From positions 26,288,001-26,352,000 of the forward strand of contig NC_043006.1 of NCBI RefSeq assembly GCF_006345805.1: DNA of 64,000 nt. Reading direction: 5' to 3'. The translations under genes and the position numbers were made by a program. Shown here one piece after another: positions 47,365 to 59,110 of the stretch. Numbering within the stretch: position 1 is the stretch's first letter; every line of letters starts with the position of its first letter. Origin of the DNA: Octopus sinensis (taxonomy: Eukaryota). The notes under the pieces were generated by a model, which saw nothing but the letters and a program-made list of their open reading frames with translations, was not told the origin of the DNA and searched no databases.

Positions 47365-48373
47365 CTCTTTAGTGTTCAGATTAATCTGTCAAATGTAAGG
47401 CTTATTTGTTCATAATATTTTGAATTATTCTTATAACTTCCTTAATTTTTTACATACTGATTTGAAATTTCGTCAGTAGGTGCTTATATACCAGTGGTTT
47501 ATAGTTATGTAATTTTAGCTGATCTTCCTGATAAAATTTGAACTTTATGGGCAGGTAAATTTAATTAACAGGTGTAAAAGTAATAACATGATGCATAAAC
47601 ACTAAAATTGAAATTTTTAATGCATCTTACCTATTTGAATTGTTACTAAAACTATCCTAGATGTCAACCACCAACAATTTTGCCACTTTTCAAGATGAAG
47701 TATGTTAATTTGAATTAATTAAAATACAGGTATAATCGGTACAAGATTCTTTCTTTCTCTATATTTAAATATTTTCATTGAAAATAAAGTACAAAACTCT
47801 TTTACTAGTCAATATACCATTGGCTATGTACTCTTATACAATTTAATGAATATGTTTACATAACCGAACGTAACTAAAAAAAAAAAAAGCTCATTAACAA
47901 GTGAGACAAAGGTGAATACAGATGTGTAACATACTGAAAATTAATATTTATTTCTCACTTTAACATATTTATAATAAAATGAAAGGAATATATGATAGTA
48001 TTACTATCAAACAACAAAATATAGTTATGCTATATTTCTATCGTGAAACTGTCCAAAGCACCCTTTACACAAGGGCACTTTGCAAAACAAACAAATATAT
48101 GAGGTCTCGACCTGATATTCTTTCAGAGTTTTTCTTTTTTGCAGCGAACACTCAGCAAACTTTTTTCCTTCCATTTATCTTTTTGACTTGATGAAAGTCA
48201 ATATTTTCTCTGTTGACATCCACCTCAGTTTATTTTGCTTTTCTCCCAGTTCTATGCTTTCTAGAAGAAAAGCCTTCACATAACTGAGATGCGATGTCAA
48301 TCCGAAATTTCAAGTGGTCATAGTCCTTTGGTGGCAGAGGTACCTTGTGGCTTTTTACATAAACAATATATGA
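47365..48373 (-). mobile_element. 3' fragment of piggyBac subfamily B with intact right TIR
   Basis: TTAA at 47361-47364, TIR CTCTTTAGTGTTC; 48000-48370 is the reverse complement of ~12490-12860. Confidence 0.85.
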
Positions 48374-48489
48374 ATTTCGTTTTTGTATTTGGTTTGCAAG
48401 ATTCTTTATGTGAATTCATGCGTTGAAGCATATTTTATTGAGTCTGCAGAGAATCATTCTGTTTTTGTTGTATAGTGAAACTGTATGCT

Positions 48490-49625
48490 CCTTCCAGTAA
48501 AAAGTGGTAGGTGCCAGCCATTATAAATAGACCAGTAGCCGGTTGTCAAGAGAGGGTCAGAAGTCAAAGAGTTGACAGTTGACAGTTCTAATCAGTGTCT
48601 TGTGGAGCTATCAGTGATAGTAAAATGGAAGAAGTTAGTGTATTACTATTCTGGTACAAAGAGATACAATGGTATCCAATGACTGGTAACTATTGTGGGT
48701 ACTAGTGTAAAACAGTAACTACAGTACAACAACAATCACACATAATGCCAGAAGAACCCACTTTACAACAGTGACAATGAGGAAAAACAAATTTATACAG
48801 ACTGAAAAAAAAAAACCATTCACACGGAAAGTTTAAACTAATTTATGTAAGAACAACAAGGATTGCAGCAGCAAATGTTACAACTGATGAAGATGATAAC
48901 CAAATTACAACTAATGAAGATGATAACCAAACCAGAGAATACCTTTTCACCTGACCATGTAGCAAATTCCATAAGTGAATTCAAATATGACCCTAAAGAA
49001 GGAGTAACCTTTGAGGCTTACTTTCGAAGACTTGAACAAATTTTTGAATGTCAGGATAGGACGGACAAAATGAAAGCACATCTAGTTTAAGAAAACTAAC
49101 GACAGCTGAGCACAAAAAATATAGTAACTTCATTCTGCCAAAAAAAAGCATTCGACAAATTTCACCAACACAGTGACATACATTAGTACACCATCACAAT
49201 GTTTAGTGAAAAGAGGTCACTGTTTAATACCAGATGGAAATGTTTAAACATAGAAAAGAGTGAAGATGAAGATTTCACTACTTACACAGGCAGAGTCAAT
49301 AAAAAATGTGAGAGATTTAGGCTGGATATACTTACTCCAGATTCTTTCAAGTGTTTGATTTTTACACAAGGATTGACAGATAAAAGGGATGCAAAAATCT
49401 GAATGAAAATTGTAACAAAACTGGAAATGAGAACCAGCATTTGACATTGAAGAAAATCAATGGAAAGTGTATTTTCATATAAGACCAGTGCAAAAAAGTT
49501 GGAAAACAAATAGTGTTGCAAGAAAAACAGAAAAAATTTAGGATATAGACCCATGTATGGCATGTGGTAGGATGCACCTGAAAAAAGATTGTCCATATAA
49601 AAAAGCAAGGTGTGTTCACTGCGAG
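48490..49625 (+). mobile_element. Ty3/Gypsy (K02A2.6-like) LTR-retrotransposon fragment: LTR end, PBS, gag
   Basis: TGGTATCC PBS-like site at ~48670; ISEFKYDPKEGVTFEAYFRR, SLFNTRWKCLNI.K..EDFTTY.GRVN..CE.F, FKCLIFTQGL. Confidence 0.75.
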
Positions 49626-49629
49626 TTTA

Positions 49630-49935
49630 TACTCTTTTTACTCTTTTACTCGTTTCAGTCATTTGACTGCGGCCATACTGGAGCACTGCCTTTAGTCGAG
49701 CAAATCGACCCTGGGACTTATTCTTTGTAAGCCCAGTACTTATTCTATCGGTCTCTTTTGCCGAACTGCTAAGTGACGGGGACATAAACACACCAGCATC
49801 AGTTGTCAAGCAATGCTAGGGGGACACAGACACACAAACACACACACATATATATATATATATATTATATATATATATATATATACATACGACGGGCTTC
49901 TTTCAGTTTCCGTCTACCATTTCCACTCACAAGGC
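49630..49935 (-). mobile_element. tRNA-derived SINE (same family as 3514-3933), head truncated
   Basis: Shared body and CAGTC-AAAT-GACTG tail hairpin. Confidence 0.82.
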
Positions 49936-49965
49936 ATATATATGTATATATATATAAATATATAA

Positions 49966-50013
<48 letters not shown>

Positions 50014-50227
50014 CAAGTTGTGTATCATGCCTTAAATTAAAGAATTCAACTCACAAAGTCAACACTCGTTTCTGTTTTACTAATCTATTTAGATATAGAA
50101 AATATCATTGAAAATAATCTTTCCAATAAATATATTAACATATTTCATTAAATTCAACGTCTTTATTGATATCTGCCTGGATTTTTTAATCCCACTTATT
50201 TTTTTCTAAATGCAGGTGTTATTCAAA

Positions 50228-50329
50228 TCTTTCTACTTCCAACACATGTTTCGAAGAAAACATTGGTATTATTCCAGAAGGAATAAAATGGTGTAAAACA
50301 ATGCAATCTTCTCATCAGGGAAAGAAAGA
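50228..50329 (-). ncRNA. Type-I hammerhead ribozyme motif, catalytic core intact
   Basis: Stem I UUUCC/GGAAG plus UCUUUC/GAAAGA with a UA bulge; CUGAUGA; stem II GAAGA/UCUUC extended by CAUUG/CAAUG and UAUUCC/GGAAUA; GAAA; short stem III; GUU triplet. Confidence 0.8.
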
Positions 50330-50364
50330 AACCAAACACATCAATAAGACATTTTAACAATACA

Positions 50365-52360
50365 TTATGACTTATTTTTCCCAGTATGCTTGTTTGAAGC
50401 GATCACTATGGAAATAAACTGTTACGCAGAATGTAAACAAGCTGGAAAAAGAGACAGCTTGTGGTTTCCCACAACCGTAGAAGAAATACAGGCATTTTTT
50501 GCCATAAATATTATTATGGGTATTAGACAGTTACCCAGGATTACAAATTACTGGAGCAATCAGGAACCTTTTGGCAATCAGTATGCTTCTAGTATTATGA
50601 TCTGAATACGATTTGTGAAACTAAACCAGTATTTACATGTGAGAGACACCAGCAGTACCCCAACACATGGAGAACCAAACTTTGATCCCTTATTTAAAAT
50701 AAGACCTCTCATTGACTGCATTCATAATGCATATAAAACATTTTACAACCCTGAGAAATACTTATCTGTTGATGAGGCCATGGTAGGGTATAAAGGAAGG
50801 GTATGCTTCTGACAGTATATGCCAGGAAAGCCCACAAAATGGGGGATCAAAGTTTGGAAAATTTGTGAAGCAAATACTGGGTACTGCTGTGGATTTAGTT
50901 TTTATACAGGGAAAAGACACAATAATGTTAGTACGGCCTAGGGTACGATATGGTCTGGAATTTATCACTCCCATACCATAATCAGGGCTGAATGTTATTT
51001 TTTGACCGATTTTTTAGTTTGGTCAAACTTGCGGTGGATTTAGAAGCTGTGACAACATATACATGTGCTACAGTAATTGTTAGTAGAAAAGGGCTGCTGT
51101 TAGATATAAAAAAGGCAAAATTTAAAACAAGAGGTGAAATAATCCAACAACAGAAAGGAAATCTGCTAGTGATCATATAGAAATAAGAGGCAGATAAATT
51201 TTCTATCTACCAGTGCACAACCATGTGTAGATGAAAACCTTGATTATAACAGGTACATGGGCAGTGTGGATCAGCTGAACCAGGTGATGAGTTATTATCT
51301 GGTTGGCAGGCTGGGTAATAAATGGTGGCGATACCTTGTTTGGTAGTAAACATGAGCATTGTAAATGCATTTATATTATATACCAAATCAGGAGGGACTT
51401 GCAAGCGGTGTAACCATCTGCAGTTCCAAGCAGATGTAGCAATGCAGTTGAAGGCAGGTTATTCCTCCAAAAAAATAACTGCAGAAAGGAAAAGCAAAGC
51501 CTGCCAGAAAGATATACCTCTGAGTTAAGCTGATCTACATAAATTAGAAAAAATTGGGGGTCACAAAAGGCAGTGCCATGAATGTCTACATCAACAAAGA
51601 CAAACTCCCAGTGGACGGCCAGTTGAAACGTCTTTCCAATGTGCATTCTTCAAGGTTGCAGTATGTAGAGTGGGATGTTTTACAACTTCCCATGATGGAA
51701 ATATTGTATGAATATTGTATATATGTATAATTAGATTGTATAAATATTTTTCAAATTTACTTCCTTTAACTTTTTATTTTAATTTACCTGTAATTTTAAT
51801 TTCCTTGTAAGGTGAGTGACAAGTTTTGATTTAATTTCTATTGTGTATCTCTGTTATATATGTTCCTGTGTATTCATGTATGTGTGAGTATATTTCATTT
51901 AGTTGATGTATTTAATTTTCTAGTTTTCTTCAAAAACAAATTCCAGTATTTCAGTTTATTTTACCTTTATGGTACACCTGTTCTTCTTTGCATTAAATTC
52001 AACTGATAATTTAGTGATGTGCACAATTCTCTTCTATATCAAAATTTTGTTGCATACCCAATTGAATATTAGCTGATGACTCATTTTTTATGGTAATGTT
52101 TAAACAAAATTTTAATATTTTTACATTTTGCTCAGTTTACCTGGATTTACCGGTAATTAGAGTCATTGTGAGACAAAAATTATGCAACAGAATTGATTAA
52201 GAACCCTTTCTTCAATTATGTTCCAAATATCACATTAATATGTTGATAAGTAAAAAACTTACAGTTGTTTAATGAAACTAGTCTAAATTCATGATTATTT
52301 TAGAATTTAATTGAAACTCATGAGGGGTATATTTTGGTCAGAAATATAGTAACAAAAGGG
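50365..52360 (+). mobile_element. Decayed piggyBac subfamily A element, left end missing, right TIR intact
   Basis: LSVDEAMVGYKGR, PTKWGIKVW, FFDRFFSLV motifs; ends GTAACAAAAGGG-TTAA. Confidence 0.88.
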
Positions 52361-53532
52361 TTAAAGGCATGGAAGTAGATATATTTAATGAAAGAGAAAT
52401 GTAAGAAGACAGTCAAAGGTCGAATTTTATAGAAATCACTTATAGGAATTTTAGTTACTATAAGTGATTTCTGCCAATGTTTGCAACGATAAGCACGTCC
52501 TATAAACGTCTTTAGAAGGAGATTCTCTGAGAACAGGACACTACATTTCACTGTTACAAAGTGAACAAAAAGATTTATCTTTATCATATGATAAGGATAT
52601 AGAGAGAATATTCCATTCCAAATTGTTTATTATGACCTTTTAGATACCAGATTAATATACTAAGCCCAGTATTATTACATTCATTGATATGCCTAAAGGT
52701 GGTGTAATGATTAGATATTCTTTTGGACAACTGAGATGAACTACCTATATAAAAAAGACATCAGAATTTATCAATGTAAAATTACTTCCAGTTCTGACAT
52801 CTTCAAATAATGGTGTAGTTCAGTCAACGGTGGTGTCCAAGCATGACTGCAGCTTTCAAGCTGAAACATTCTAAAGTATTAAACTAAAGTATATATATAT
52901 ATACACGCACACACGCACGCGCACACACACACACATACATACATATATATATATATATAATAGATGTAATAGAAAAGGTTTGAATCAGGCATTACAGACA
53001 ATTAACACATACATATATGGGTTACGTTACGATGAAATCAGAATTGTTAAATCTGAAACATATATTGATATATAAAAATATAGGAACACTAAAAAGATAC
53101 ATGGATATCTAGATTTATAAGCATAACAATAACATATATATGAAACATTACGAAATATAGAAAAAAGGCGTACTTAGAAATTCAAAATAAAATACAGAGA
53201 AAGTAATAGATATTAAAAAGAGTTTTGGATAACATGTTACATGAGAATGAGAAGTTCCAATGATCATCTCAGCAGTAAATTCATCCAAATCACATGTGAA
53301 TTTTGAGATTCAATTCTATAGAATGCACTCCATCAAAAGGGTATACGCTAGATATGCAATTCAAGCATAAGCTATGGGTTACTAGCATGCTGACTACCAT
53401 ATAAAAGTAATTGACGTAATATTTATCCTCATATTCTATTACAAGTTAATAAATAAAATCAAAATACGAAATTTTTCCTCCTCACTGGCATGTCGTTTAC
53501 TGCAGAACTACTCTTGTATCCTGAGCTGGCAT

Positions 53533-53534
53533 GT

Positions 53535-53575
<41 letters not shown>

Positions 53576-53835
53576 CATATACACACACACATATATATAT
53601 ACACACACACACATATATATATACACACATATATATATATATATACATACATACATACATATGTACATACATATATACATATACATACATATAAACATAC
53701 ATATATACATATATATGCATACATATGTACATATATATACATACATATATAAATATATATACATACATATATAAATATATATACATACATATATAAATAT
53801 ATATACATACATATATAAATATATATACATACATA
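53533..53835. repeat. Compound (TA)/(TACA) microsatellite
   Basis: Direct inspection. Confidence 0.95.
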
Positions 53836-54640
53836 TCTCTATATATAAAACTGAAATGCGTTTTTACCGCTTGGATCGCTTTCAAGGCCACTACATCCCG
53901 TCCGATTGACTCCAAAATTTACAGGGACATGTAAAATGAGGTGATGATGCCCGTGGGCTACCTTAGAAATCCCTATCTTAAAAGGTGTCGTTGCTAGGGC
54001 CAAAAAACCACTTTGACAAGTCCACTCCCGTTCTTTAATGTATCTTCCTCAACTCACTCTCGCTATTTCCTCTCTTCCCAGCACTTTTTCACTCACTCTA
54101 TTTCATGCATTCCCATTACTTTCACTTCCTCAAACGGCCTTCTTTTATGTATCTGTCTGCATTCATAGAGAGAATTACCATCGCCACAACAACACACAAT
54201 CATGACAACAAATATTATTAATCTCGCCATCGCATTCTATTGTCTGCCTGTCAACGCACCGATCGAGCAAATACAAACAGAACACGCCAACGAGCGTTCA
54301 TGTTCTGGTGATGACGTAGGTTTTTCGTATCTATTACATTTTAACATTTATTTAGAACCCTGCAAATTTTTTGTGCTAAATTTTCATTTTTTACTACTTT
54401 ATTATTTTTTCTTAAATTAATGCTTTTATTAAAATTAATTCTAATTGTCTGGGTCAACAGTTCGTTTCCTCGGAGGATATGGAAATTCCTATTACCCGTC
54501 AGAGAAATAACTCCAGCACTTCACAACTATTTCAACAAAGACAAGGTTACCTGCTTACCAGTCGAATTCAGCGTCAACGCTCACGTATGAGAGACACTCC
54601 AACACACACACACAGACACACACACATATACATATATATA
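53836..54640 (+). mobile_element. Helitron-like element 5' portion (3' end not found)
   Basis: A|TCTCTATATATAAAA start like the other Helitrons here; CpG-rich body; no CTAG/hairpin end located. Confidence 0.4.
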
Positions 54641-54743
54641 ACGGGAAGCTTTATGAAAATAAACAAAAGACGAAGGCAGGTGGAAAACAAACGAACAATT
54701 GTATTAGTATGGCGCTCAGGAAATATAAATAAAACAAGTCTTT

Positions 54744-54791
<48 letters not shown>

Positions 54792-55496
54792 GTGTGCATT
54801 ATGTGGTCGGTCGGTTAAGCTGAAAATATGCAGACCTGTGTTAAAAGTGCTGGCAAGTTTGTATGACAAATATTTTTTTTCCTCAAATGAAATGCGTGAC
54901 CTCTAGGACAAAATTCCTCATCTTATAAAATGTGGCCCCAGTACACCCGAATGAAATCGGGTTATATTAACCAAAATGTGAAAAGGGGTCTAAATGGGGC
55001 TGGAAGGGGATTAAAATTTAAAGGAGCGGGTGTTAAGGAATTCTCTGTTACATCAAGCTAAAAAATTTGCGCCAGCCTTTTAAACCTCAATGGGTTGCCG
55101 TCCATGATGAAGAAGTTTTGAATGCTTGCCATGCTGAGTCTACTGTCGTGAGAAAGAATCGCTTCAAAACTTGGTGTTTAGGGATTTTCTTTTACATCAA
55201 GTTCAAAATTGGTTTCCAATATTTTATTATTTTTATTCAGCTCGCAAGTTCGTCTGTCTCTTTTAAATGTTAGTGTTTTGCTGTCTGCCTTGAAGCATAC
55301 CTTTCCGTTGTTACTGCCTGATATTTATGATTCATCTTTCTAAATATTTTATTTCTCAACTTACTCAAGATCTTTTATTGTTTATAAATGGGAGAGAGAT
55401 AGATAAAGATAGAGAGTAAGAGAAAGCGAGGGAGAGTCTGAGAGAAAGGAAGAGTAAGAGGGTGGGGAAAGTGAGAGAGAAACAAAGAGGGACAAT

Positions 55497-55805
55497 CATC
55501 ATCATCATCATCGTTTAACGTCCGTTTTCCGTGCTAGCACGGGTTGGACAGTTTGACCGGGGTCTGGGAAGCCAGGGGGCTGAACCAGGCTCCAGTCTGA
55601 TCTGGCAGTGTTTCTACAGGTGGATGCTCTTCCTAACGCCAACCACTCTGTGAGCGTAGTGGGTGCTTTGTTCTTTCCGCCGGCACAGCTGCCAGGGTGG
55701 TTGGCAGCGGCCACGATTGGTTGGTGCTTTTTACGTGCAACCGGCACAGAAGCCAGTCAAGGTGGTGCTGCAATCGGCCACGTTCGGATGGTGCTTTTTA
55801 CGTGC
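55497..55805 (-). mobile_element. RTE LINE 3' tail
   Basis: (CAT)n-CGTTTAACGTCCG...GGATGCTCTTCCTAACGCCAACC. Confidence 0.85.
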
Positions 55806-55864
55806 TGAAAGGAAGCAACAGAAAGTAACAACCACACTCTTACCAGCGCGTAGAACGGGTCACC

Positions 55865-56183
55865 TTCAGCTAATATACATATATATGTAAATACATATAT
55901 ATATGAATACAAATATACATATATATATAAATACAAATATACATATATATAAATACAAATATACATATATATAAATACACATATATATATAAATACAAAT
56001 ATACATATATATAAATACACATATACATATATAAATACATATATACATATATATAGATATACATATACAGATATAAATACATATATGCACATGCAAATAT
56101 AAATACATATATACATATGTATACAAAAATACATAAATATATATACATATATATATATATATACATGCATATATACATATACA

Positions 56184-56224
<41 letters not shown>

Positions 56225-56419
56225 TATATATACATATATATATTTAAACATACATATATTCATACATATATACATACATATATACATACATATATTTATA
56301 CATATATATATTTATACATACATACATATATATATACATACATATATACATACATAATATATATATACATACATATATACATATATATATATACATACAT
56401 ATATACATACATACATATA
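55865..56419. repeat. Compound (TA)/(TACA) microsatellite
   Basis: Direct inspection. Confidence 0.95.
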
Positions 56420-56890
56420 TCTCTTATTATAAAAGGCAGATTTTATCTGCCTCCCTTTGTCAGTTATAGAAATCTACAATATAGGATTTCTTCAATTACA
56501 ATTTACTTAGCATTTTTAAGAGTAGAATGCATCGGGTTTTGCCAGGTCCACTTTTCAAAATTTAAACTCCAATTAAGCAAAATTTACAGAAAACTCACAT
56601 TCTGGTGTGTATGTCAAATGCTTTTCTTAATGTGTTTTACACCACACGCACACACACAGTGTGCAAGGAATAAAATGAAAGTAATTCACCTTTTGTAGTG
56701 AGTGACTCTTTCAGTCTGCCACTTCCTCTTTACACACATAGACACGCAAATATATAAATAAAATTGTAAGCTAACGTGCGTGTGTGTGAGTGTGTGTGTG
56801 CGTATGTGAGGGTGCGTGTGTGTGTGTGTGTGTGCGTGCGTGCGTGTGCGTGAGTGTGTGACAGGAAAGTATTTTAGGACGAATATAAGA
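56420..56890 (+). mobile_element. Helitron-like non-autonomous element (family C) with 5' hairpin and internal (GT)n
   Basis: A|TCTCTTATTATAAAA start; AGGCAGA-TTTTA-TCTGCCT hairpin; inverted copy at 59996-60463. Confidence 0.6.
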
Positions 56891-57377
56891 CCCATATCGG
56901 CGATGTTTCGCTTGTCGTAGCACAGCTTTCCGTCGATTTCCGTAAAAAACTTATTTTTTTACATAAGTAATGAGAGCGAAAGAGACTAAGAGAAAGCGAT
57001 TGTATGACGAGGGAAGTTCTGAAGAGACAGAGAGAGTAATGTGTGAAAGAGAGAGATAACTGAAATTTTTTACTCGGTTTATGTGTATATGTATGTATGC
57101 ATGTATGTGTGTGTGTGTATGTATGTGTGTGTGTATGTATGTATGTATGTATGGCCGATTCAGTGTTTACATTTTTTACGGAAATCGATGGAAACATGTG
57201 CTACGACAAGAGAAACATCACCCCTATATCCAAGAAGCAGAAAGATCGCCCAAAAGTGTATATAGATATTTAAATGTATTTATATATTCATCTATACACA
57301 GATGTATGTATAATGTGTGTGTATATATTTCCATACACGTAACCATTCACTCCGCACAAAGTTTTTTAGGACGAAAA

Positions 57378-58224
57378 TATTTATATATAAAAGAAAGGTT
57401 GTGTGTCTGTCTACTCCGATTTAGATTCCTAACTACTCCCACATTTTGCGATGCAGTTTAACCAAAACCGGGTATCTTATAGTCGTGATTCATATCGAGT
57501 CCTTCTGGGTATTAGCGCGCGTCTACGATGAGTCTATGATTTTACAAATAATTTACCATCATTTTTTTCCATTTTAATGCATATTTTTAAAAATAAACGG
57601 AAGTAACTCTCTAACTTCACACCAATATGCGTGCTCATATGCGGCGTAATATCACATCAGCAGCATTTCCTCACACCCTCCTTGCACTTGGCGAAGGCAA
57701 AATACCAGGGGATGAAAATGGTAATATTGCCATCAATTCCATTTGTACCATTGTTAAGACGCCTTCTGATCTCAGAGATGCAGTGTTCCCAGATCTACAA
57801 GCTAACTATCAGAATATGGATTGGATTGGCAAAAAGGCTATACTGGCCCCGAGGAATAAAACTGTTCACCATATTAATGATGAAATGCTAAAACTCATTC
57901 CTGGGGAAGTCTATGTATATCAGTCTATCGATACAACTCCTGACCCAGAGGACGTCATCAACTATCCAATAGAGGTACTCAATTCCTTTGAGCACCCCGG
58001 ACTACCACCACACTTTCTCAAACTTAAAGTTGGTGCCCCTATAATGCTCATCAGAAATTTGGTTCCCCCAAAACAATGCAATGGCACACGTTTTATCGTT
58101 AAGTCCTCATCTCCCACTGTAAGCTTATATCAATATTTGCCTGAATAATCATCATAATTCAGTGCAATCATTAACAGGACTTTCAAGCAATTCAGCCCCG
58201 AGCAACGCCGGGCAATTCTACTAG
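57378..58224 (+). mobile_element. Internally deleted Helitron (847 bp) retaining a PIF1-helicase fragment
   Basis: 5' end shared with 58943; 3' CCCCGAGCAACGCCGGG hairpin and CTAG|T; helicase motifs inside. Confidence 0.88.
57627..58148 (+). pseudogene. Helitron RepHel PIF1-like helicase fragment (open, ~165 aa)
   Basis: AILAPRNKTV..IN, SIDT, YPIEVLNSF..PGLPPH.LKLKVGAPIMLIRNL..CNGTR. Confidence 0.88.
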
Positions 58225-58228
58225 TACA

Positions 58229-58264
<36 letters not shown>

Positions 58265-58270
58265 CATGCG

Positions 58271-58306
<36 letters not shown>

Positions 58307-58548
58307 CATATATATATACACATATATATATATATACATACATATATAGATATATATACATACATATATACACACATATATATATACATAAATATATACG
58401 CACATATATATATACATAAATATATACATATATAGATATACATAAATATATACATATATAGATATATATACACATATATGTACATACATATATACATATA
58501 TAGATATATATACATATATATGTACATACATATATACATATATAGATA

Positions 58549-58943
58549 CTAGCAGTATCGCCCGGCGTTGCACGGGTTTGTAAAGGAAATAATTATATAA
58601 GCATTTTTAGAGATGTAAAGTATAATAGCCATCTCAATATGGCTAACCACAAAGGGGGAGGGGTGTTACTGTAGCTTTTTACGTTCTGAGATTTAATAAT
58701 AAATTTTAGAGAGTTACTTCCCTTATATATGTCAAAAATGGATTAACAATGGGAAAAACTGATGGTAAATTTTTTTTTAAATCGTAGACTCATCGTAGAC
58801 GCGCGCTAATACCCAGACGGTCTCGATATGAATCACGACTATAAGATACCCGGTTTTGGTTAAACTGCACCGCAAAATGTGGGAGTAGTTAGGAGTCTAA
58901 ATCGTAGGAGACAGACACACAACCTCACTTTTATATATAAAGA
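58549..58943 (-). mobile_element. Non-autonomous Helitron (395 bp)
   Basis: A|TCTTTATATATAAAAG start, hairpin plus CTAG|T end. Confidence 0.88.
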
Positions 58944-59110
58944 TTTCCTCTATTTACATAATATTGAGGTCTCTTTCTTTCTTTTGTTATCTTACTGTTT
59001 TTACCAATATACATATATATATATATATATATATAAATATATATATAGTTACAGAGATGTACTTGCATAGCAAGTGACTTGATTGAGATCGTGTGCTGGA
59101 ACGAAAACAG

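Noticed and set aside
53480-53535. Hammerhead-like remnant on the minus strand (CTCAGGA..hairpin..GTAAACGAC)
   Set aside because: Both core halves are mutated, and the flanks are direct repeats (CTGGCATGT) rather than complementary stem I strands.
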